A stretch of DNA of 64,000 nt, from the NCBI GenBank assembly GCA_030704615.1, contig CM060731.1, positions 13,640,001 through 13,704,000 on the forward strand, in the 5' to 3' direction. Shown piece by piece: positions 57,968 to 64,000 of this stretch. The notes beneath the pieces were generated by a model. The model saw only the letters and a list, made by a program, of their open reading frames with translations. It had not been told where the DNA came from and searched no databases. Source of the DNA: Takakia lepidozioides. Its lineage: Eukaryota > Plantae > Bryophyta. The stretch's first letter is position 1. The number at the start of each line of letters is the position of its first letter. The position numbers and the translations under genes were made by a program.

Positions 57968-58430
57968 CAGAGCCAGATCCAGGCAGCCCGCCTGATCCCC
58001 CTGAGTCGACACCTTCGTTGGCCTGTGATCCAAGTGCTCCACTTGATCCAGGTCCAACGGGTTGGGATGTCCTGGTTGTAGTCTCAACCTCAGCTGTTGG
58101 GTCTACTTCTTCATACTCTTCCTCTTCCAATTTCTTCTCTCTATTTTCATCTCTGATCTGAGGGATGTACCTCAGATCTTTCACCTCGTGATTGATCTTC
58201 TTCCCGTACCAATTCCCTTGATCTTTTTGCAAAGAAAAAGAAGGAGTGGCATCCAACTCTAGTTCTTCTTCCGGTATGGGTGATGTACTCTGTGATCTTA
58301 ATGGTGTGAGAGGTCCAGATGATTCCCCTATGTCTATTCCTCTCTCCCAAAGATATGGATAATTAGTTTTCAGATAGCTTTCTCTTTTTGTTGAATATCT
58401 CTGGAGTCTAGCTTCTCTTTCATCACTCAT
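57968..58430 (-). CDS. gag of gypsy element 2, N-terminal part
   Basis: MSDEREARL...GGLPGSGS continues as GGTGSVGSSATG across the MULE insertion. Confidence 0.8.
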
Positions 58431-59006
58431 GTCCCATGTCTTTCATTTCTTTTAATGTGGCAATAACCAAAACTCTCTTCTGTAATATCAAGCTTCAATG
58501 CACCCTTGGCTATACTAGAAGTCTCCGTTACCATATAACCATATGGCAAACAAGTCTGGAAAGCTGTTTCTTGGTGTGAGTTTGATCCACAAAATATCAG
58601 GAATCCAATTCTTTACCAGTACAAGCTCTTCATGCATATGAGTATAAACATTCACCTTCTTTCCTCCCAGCCTTCAAACTCTACTCGCTTAATGAATGCT
58701 ATCACATAAACCAGTGTTGGTAACCAACGTGCTCTTCCTCTACAGGCCACCTGATAAATCTTTATCACTCCTTTCTCCAAACCCCATTCAGGGTCAGCAT
58801 CATGCACTCTTTTAAGAATGTTTTCTTTACAACCGTCTGGCAATTCCAAGAACCTCTAAAAGAATCGTTTGGACAATCTTTCCTTCTCAGTTTCACAGGG
58901 AATTTGATTCGCATCAAATTCTTTAATTCTCCATCCACACCATGATCCCACAGATGCCTCTCACATCTGGTTGTTCATGACCCAGTTCCCCAGTATGGTC
59001 GCCAAA

Positions 59007-59881
59007 TGTCGAGCGGCTTTTACTCACCCATCCCTTCGCTATCCGAGGCGGGAACTCCAAGATAGAAGAGTTGGAAATCTCTAAGCACTCAGCCCGCTCA
59101 GAACAATCAGTCATGACCTACAGCTAGTGTATCATGGGGGTGTTTCCTATTTGTATTCCTTCCCGTATTCATGTTAGCTAGTTACCTTACTGTTGGTATT
59201 TAAGTATCAGATTGCTTCAGCAATCTATCGGATTCCATCAACTCATCCATTCATTCCACAGGCTTCACTCAGATCTCTCTACACAGTGTGAGTATGAAGT
59301 ATGTATCAGATTAATATCTATCAAGTATCAGGCTGAAGCCATGGTGTCTCTAATCTACTTTACATTACAATTACAGCTTGCATCATCAAACTAAACAATA
59401 GATCGTCACTCTCTCCTACTGCGTGCTCTCATCTTTCCATTCAAAGATGTGTGCTCTCCCCTCTATTTCCCAGCCCTGATGTAAGAGTCCCCCCCCAAAG
59501 TGATCCCCCAGAAGTCATTTCTCGTCCTCCCTGCTCTTTGCTTTTTCCACCTACAAGCTGTTCTAACCGCTTTCCTAACTAACCGTCATTCATGTAGTAC
59601 ACGTTCCTTTTTCAGATGTCGTTCCCCCACCGTTGTTCCCTGCCAATGATAACTGTTCCCAGCTGTGCCGAGCTGTGACTGGCTGTATCAGGCCATGGCG
59701 GGCTGTGACTGGCTGTATCAGGCCATGGCGGGCTGTGACTGGCTGTGTCGGGCTGTGTAGGGCTGTGCGAAGCTGTGGCGGCTGTAACCCCTAAAGCTCC
59801 TATTGGTCTTAGTCTGTGTAAAAATTAAGGGTACCCCACAGATCCCGTAAAAGCGTCTAAGTTCTAAGCAGCCCTCTAACA
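59007..59881 (-). repeat. 5' LTR of gypsy element 2
   Basis: Direct repeat of 37997-39021, followed on the sense strand by TT and the PBS. Confidence 0.95.
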
Positions 59882-60741
59882 ACCATTGCATCCTAATTAA
59901 CACACACCACCAACACTTTTAACCCCAAGACCCACAACCAAAACCGCCAATCCGAAACCCAGCACCATAAAGAAAAGCAAACACCTAACCCAATATCATA
60001 TGTAAAAAAAAAAAAAAACTAAGAAACCCAAAAGGCCCTAAACCCTAAACCCAGAAAGGCCAGCCGTCGCCTCCTGCGACACCCTCTCATCGCATTTGAC
60101 GACGAGTTTTTTTTCATTTTTTTACCTGGGGTCGCACCCCGCGACGGAAAAGCCGTCGCGGGGGCGACGTGTTTTTTTAATTTATGGGGCCAGGGGTCGC
60201 AAGCAACGACGGCCGGCCGTCGCAAATATCATTTTGACATTTCAAAAAAAGGGCGGGGCGCAGGCGTGCGACGGTCGGGCGTCACACATAGGCGCCGCGT
60301 TTTGTTTTCCCCCTAAGTGCTTGAAGCATCTCTTTCCCCTCCCGTTTTCGTTTGTTCTTTGGGAGAGAGGTAGTTCAGAGAGTGGGGCTTAGGGTGGAGG
60401 AGAAACGCACCTGCTACTGAGCCCGAGGTGGTCCCAAGGCCCCAAGGAGTTTGCCCCAACGCCGCTCCAACGCCCAAGGTAAGCACCGCCTCCTCCCTCA
60501 CTTTCTGTCTTGCTTTCTTGCCCTAAGCACGGGCTGATGTCTCTCTCCCCTGTGTGGTAGGAATGCCGCGCAGAGGCGCGACCTAACGAGCTGAAGAGAG
60601 AGAGAGCCGTGGTGAGTGGGGGAGAGACGCCCTACAACAGCAGGGACCCACGCCGCTGGCAGCTGCGACAGCACCGCAACAGCTCACCGCGCCAACTCGC
60701 TTCAAGCACCAGCAGCAGCAGTAGCAGAGGTACATCAGGGA

Positions 60742-61180
60742 AATTGCACTCTCCCTTTCCTCTCTGCTTCTGTTTACTATTCAAAGGTAGTCTTCTTGCC
60801 CTGAGTTTAAATTTAGGTCTGGTGCCAAGAGTGGGATAGACCCTTGAGCGCATCCATGACGTCCTCCCCCATGTCACAGACTGGAACCAGGTTCAAGGAA
60901 GTTTTCTTCCTAACTTCATTTTCATCAGACAATTTTCTGGTAACAGACATGGCTTTGGACACTACACTCTCTAAGTCAGGTTTATCCAGCAAGGTCAAGA
61001 CTTGCGGGTCCAGATTCAGATCCTTGAGAATCTCTTCTACTCTCTTCTCCCAAGGCTTACCCTGTTTGACAGGACAGTCATGTTTCCAAGATATAGAGTC
61101 GATTAACTTAGGATATCTGGTGTTGGACATATGTTGCAGCTGAACCCCCCATCTGACCTTGAATTTATCTCATCGGGAGC
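60742..61180 (-). mobile_element. LINE ORF2 C-terminal fragment
   Basis: MSNTRYPK..WEKRVEEILKDLNL..KTSLNL..PTLGTRPKFKLRARRLPLNSKQKQRGKGECN overlaps the 9312 and 5080 fragments. Confidence 0.65.
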
Positions 61181-61210
61181 TTAAAAGAGAGCAGCACAGA
61201 AGAGAGGGAA

Positions 61211-63003
61211 GATATTCATGTCATGTCAAGACATGGACAAGACCCACTAGGGTCATTGTCAATTAAAGACATAAACAACCCAAAACAGGGCACCATCTAA
61301 CATTTCCATTCTTGTCATAGCTTCCCATGAATTGACATCACCCAATCAGTCATAATAAACAGGGTGGGAGGGCGGGGTTTGTTCATGTAGGGGATGCAAG
61401 CATCTTGAACCCTGAGATCCGGCCATCTTGGCCATGAATCATTTGTTCATGTGTGGGACAAGATAAGATATTGTTGTCCCTATGCAGGCTGCAGCCCTCT
61501 TGGTTCAGCCTGTACACATACCAGCAGCCTACCATTTCAGCCATTAATTATGGCAGGTCATTCATCAGCCAAGGCATAAGGACCAGCCTGCAGTTTGTCA
61601 GAATCTCAGTATGCCACCAAGCAGTCCAACTTGAGCAAAATGAAATAGATTCCATATCATTTGTATTCACCCCGAGACATGTGATCATACAAGGTATCAA
61701 GGGAATGTGAATGCAGCGTGTCAAATTGCAGGTTCAAGACTTGTACCAACAAGCAGCATGAACAGCCGAGATCCAGCCTCTTTTGTATATAAAAAACCAG
61801 ATTGCAGGTCATAGGCCTGATGTCATGACAGATTCAAAACTATAGGTAGGATCCCATTGCAGCTTACCATCCTCATCCTTCAAGAGTTCCATGCTAAGAC
61901 ATGCAAAGAACACCTTACTACGATCGAGTACACATCAGAAGTAGGCCTGAAAAAGATTAGGGCAGTACCCTACCAGGTCCATAGATACCCAAAACCGCCA
62001 AAAACATACCACCAAAAACCAGATCCTCTTTGGCCAAAGAACTTATAACCTAGCTCAATAATCCAAAGTTGCTGTCAAAGATCAAAAGGGAGGGTATGGT
62101 TTGTATGCAAGCCTTAGAAAATAGGCCAGATAGGCCGAGCTGCGCATCGGCGGCAGAACGACAAAGGCCAGAACGCAGGCTGTAGCATGTCAAGCCAGGG
62201 GCAGTCGGGATGAAATCGGGCGGCAGGCAGCAGCCACCTCACAGCGCACAAACCCCTAGGTCTCCTCAGCCCATATCCCAATCTGCATGCTCAAGAAACT
62301 TCAAAGTGGGTGAGGATCCTCACCTGGTCCCATCACAAGCCCCCACAAAAACCAAAAGGTTAGTGAGGATTATGGAACCCCAGGTGAATCACAGACCCTC
62401 ACACTTGTCATCGATGTCAATTCAGAAACTCAAAAGCAAGAGAAAGACATAAGAACATGAGAATCCCTAAACTCCAAAGGCACCTTAAGCGATTGGGGAA
62501 GAGGGTTATGCGCCATCAGCCCCCGCAGCAAGCCGCCTCCACAAAGCACATAGCAATGAAGCAAAGCAGGCACAATCGCAAGGCACTAGAAAGGAGGGAG
62601 AGAACTTCTCATCATAAGCATCCTTGCTAAGCACAAAAAAAGCCATAGGAGGGAAAATGCCACTGCATTCATAGCGGTGTTTCCCGCTACAAGAGAGACA
62701 AGGCGCCGCCTTCGCGCCTCCCTAGGCGCTCGTCCAGCATGGGTACGAAACCACAAATAGGGCAGCCACCGAAGCACGTCTGCCATAACATTCTCCTCGC
62801 GAGCTCAGCAGCAGTACATCACGTGCTTCTGACAGCGGGAGAGACGACATAGGGTTGTCCCTCGATTATTCATCCGTGGATAAAAAACAGTAGGACGCAT
62901 CCGTATACCCTGACGGATTTCATCCGCATCAAGGTTAAAAATAGGTTTTGGGGTAGGGGTTAGGGTTTCCACCGTAATTAGTCATAATTAGGGGTAGTAA
63001 AGA
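61211..63003 (-). repeat. Dispersed ~1.8-kb repeat, copy 2 (possibly Helitron-like)
   Basis: Collinear with 9763-11518. Confidence 0.55.
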
Positions 63004-63100
63004 TCAATTCCATGCCATAATCACATCATCCGTAGACAAATCACTTGTGTCAGGATGAAAAAGTAGGGAATATCATCCGTGGCAGCGTCTTACCTCCATC

Positions 63101-63995
63101 TAGGTAATTCTATCATTCCTCACCAGACCATCCGGTATGGATAAAAAGAGTCAATAAAAGAGGAATGAAAAATTATCACCCTGGTAGTTTTTCATCCGGT
63201 ACGGATGGAAAAACAGGATGTTGTTGGCAACCTTCATAAGAGGTAATTCTTTTCTTCCATGGTGACTCATCCGGTATGGATGAGAGTCAATAAAGGAGGA
63301 ATGAAAAGGCCAAAAGAACCATCCTAGAGGTAATTCAGTGTCCATCCCGGTGGCTCATCCGGTATGGATGAAAAAGCCTGATAGAGGATGAGAAAACAAA
63401 AAGTCGACACTGATAGCAAACTGCCAATGCCTAGTAGAGAGGGAGATAGAGGGAGAGATGGGGCAACAATGAATAAAAATGGGTTGGTTCCATGCATATT
63501 GGGATATGAGCTGAGGAGACCTAGGGGTTTGTGCGCTGTGAGGTGGCTGCTGCCTGCAGCCCAACCCAACTGCCCCTGGCTTGACATGCTACAGCCTGCG
63601 TTCTAGCCTTTCTCGTTCTGCCACCGATGGCCTGACAGGCCTGTTTCCTGAGGCTTGCATACAAACCATACCCTCCCTTTTGATCTTTGACATGATCTTT
63701 ACTGGAACTATAAAACAAGGTACATGGTCTGGAGGTAGAAAGAGACATTTTTCCTTCAAGAGTTCCATGCTAAACATGCAAAGAACACCTTACTATGATC
63801 CAGTACACATCGGAAGCAGGCCCGAAAAGGAGCAGGGCGATGCCCTATCAGGCTGCCGCCATAACCTTCAAGGTCACCATGTCCATAGATACCCAAAACC
63901 GCCAAAAACATACCACCAAAAACCAGATCCTCTTTGGCCAAAACAAATTACAACCTAGCTCAATAATCCACAAGCCTTGCTGTCAAAGATCAAAA
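63101..63995. repeat. Rearranged pieces of the same repeat family
   Basis: 63101-63339 matches 9076-9312; ~63495-63695 is an inverted copy of ~62075-62290; ~63755-63995 is a direct copy of ~10365-10600. Confidence 0.7.
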
Positions 63996-64000
63996 GATAG

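Larger units (their letters stand above)
37997..59881 (-). mobile_element. Second Ty3/gypsy LTR retrotransposon (non-chromovirus type) with extra 3' ORFs
   Basis: LTRs 37997-39021 and 59007-59881 (TG...CA); TSD ACCAT (37992-37996, 59882-59886); PBS TGGCGACCATACTGGGGA; PPT GAGAGGAGGAGGGG. Confidence 0.95.
18643..60290 (-). mobile_element. CACTA transposon (~7.5 kb once nested insertions are removed) carrying a TnpD transposase and a SET-domain ORF
   Basis: CACTACAGC at 18643 with GCGACG/CGTCGC subterminal repeats to ~19320. An inverted homolog of ~19215-19420 lies at ~59960-60225. The distal TIR itself is not seen. Confidence 0.7.

Overview
Eukaryotic, TE-saturated heterochromatin-like DNA, probably from a land plant (spliced CACTA transposase, plant-type Ty3/gypsy elements, a PPR-like scrap; the species cannot be determined). 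There is no intact host gene. Main object: a young 12.3-kb Ty3/gypsy element (24566-36852, minus strand, TSD TGTG). Its pol carries a complete DNMT3-type C5 cytosine methyltransferase between protease and RT, plus a PHD finger at the integrase C-terminus. Its termini are not two ordinary LTRs but split, circularly permuted repeats (sense order B - internal - A - GC - B - A). A second, diverged family member at 13224-14999 has the same 3' architecture. The element lacks a tRNA PBS but has a Tf1-like self-priming match, and three conserved hairpins, one with compensatory changes. It is inserted, frame-restorably, into a SET-domain ORF that appears to belong to a CACTA transposon (18643 to about 60290). 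That CACTA is also interrupted by a second gypsy element (37997-59881, TSD ACCAT), which contains a MULE (49040-57967, 9-bp TSD) carrying a ~5.5-kb palindrome-containing satellite. The rest is LINE remnants, two tRNA-derived SINE heads, another CACTA end and a dispersed, possibly Helitron-like repeat.
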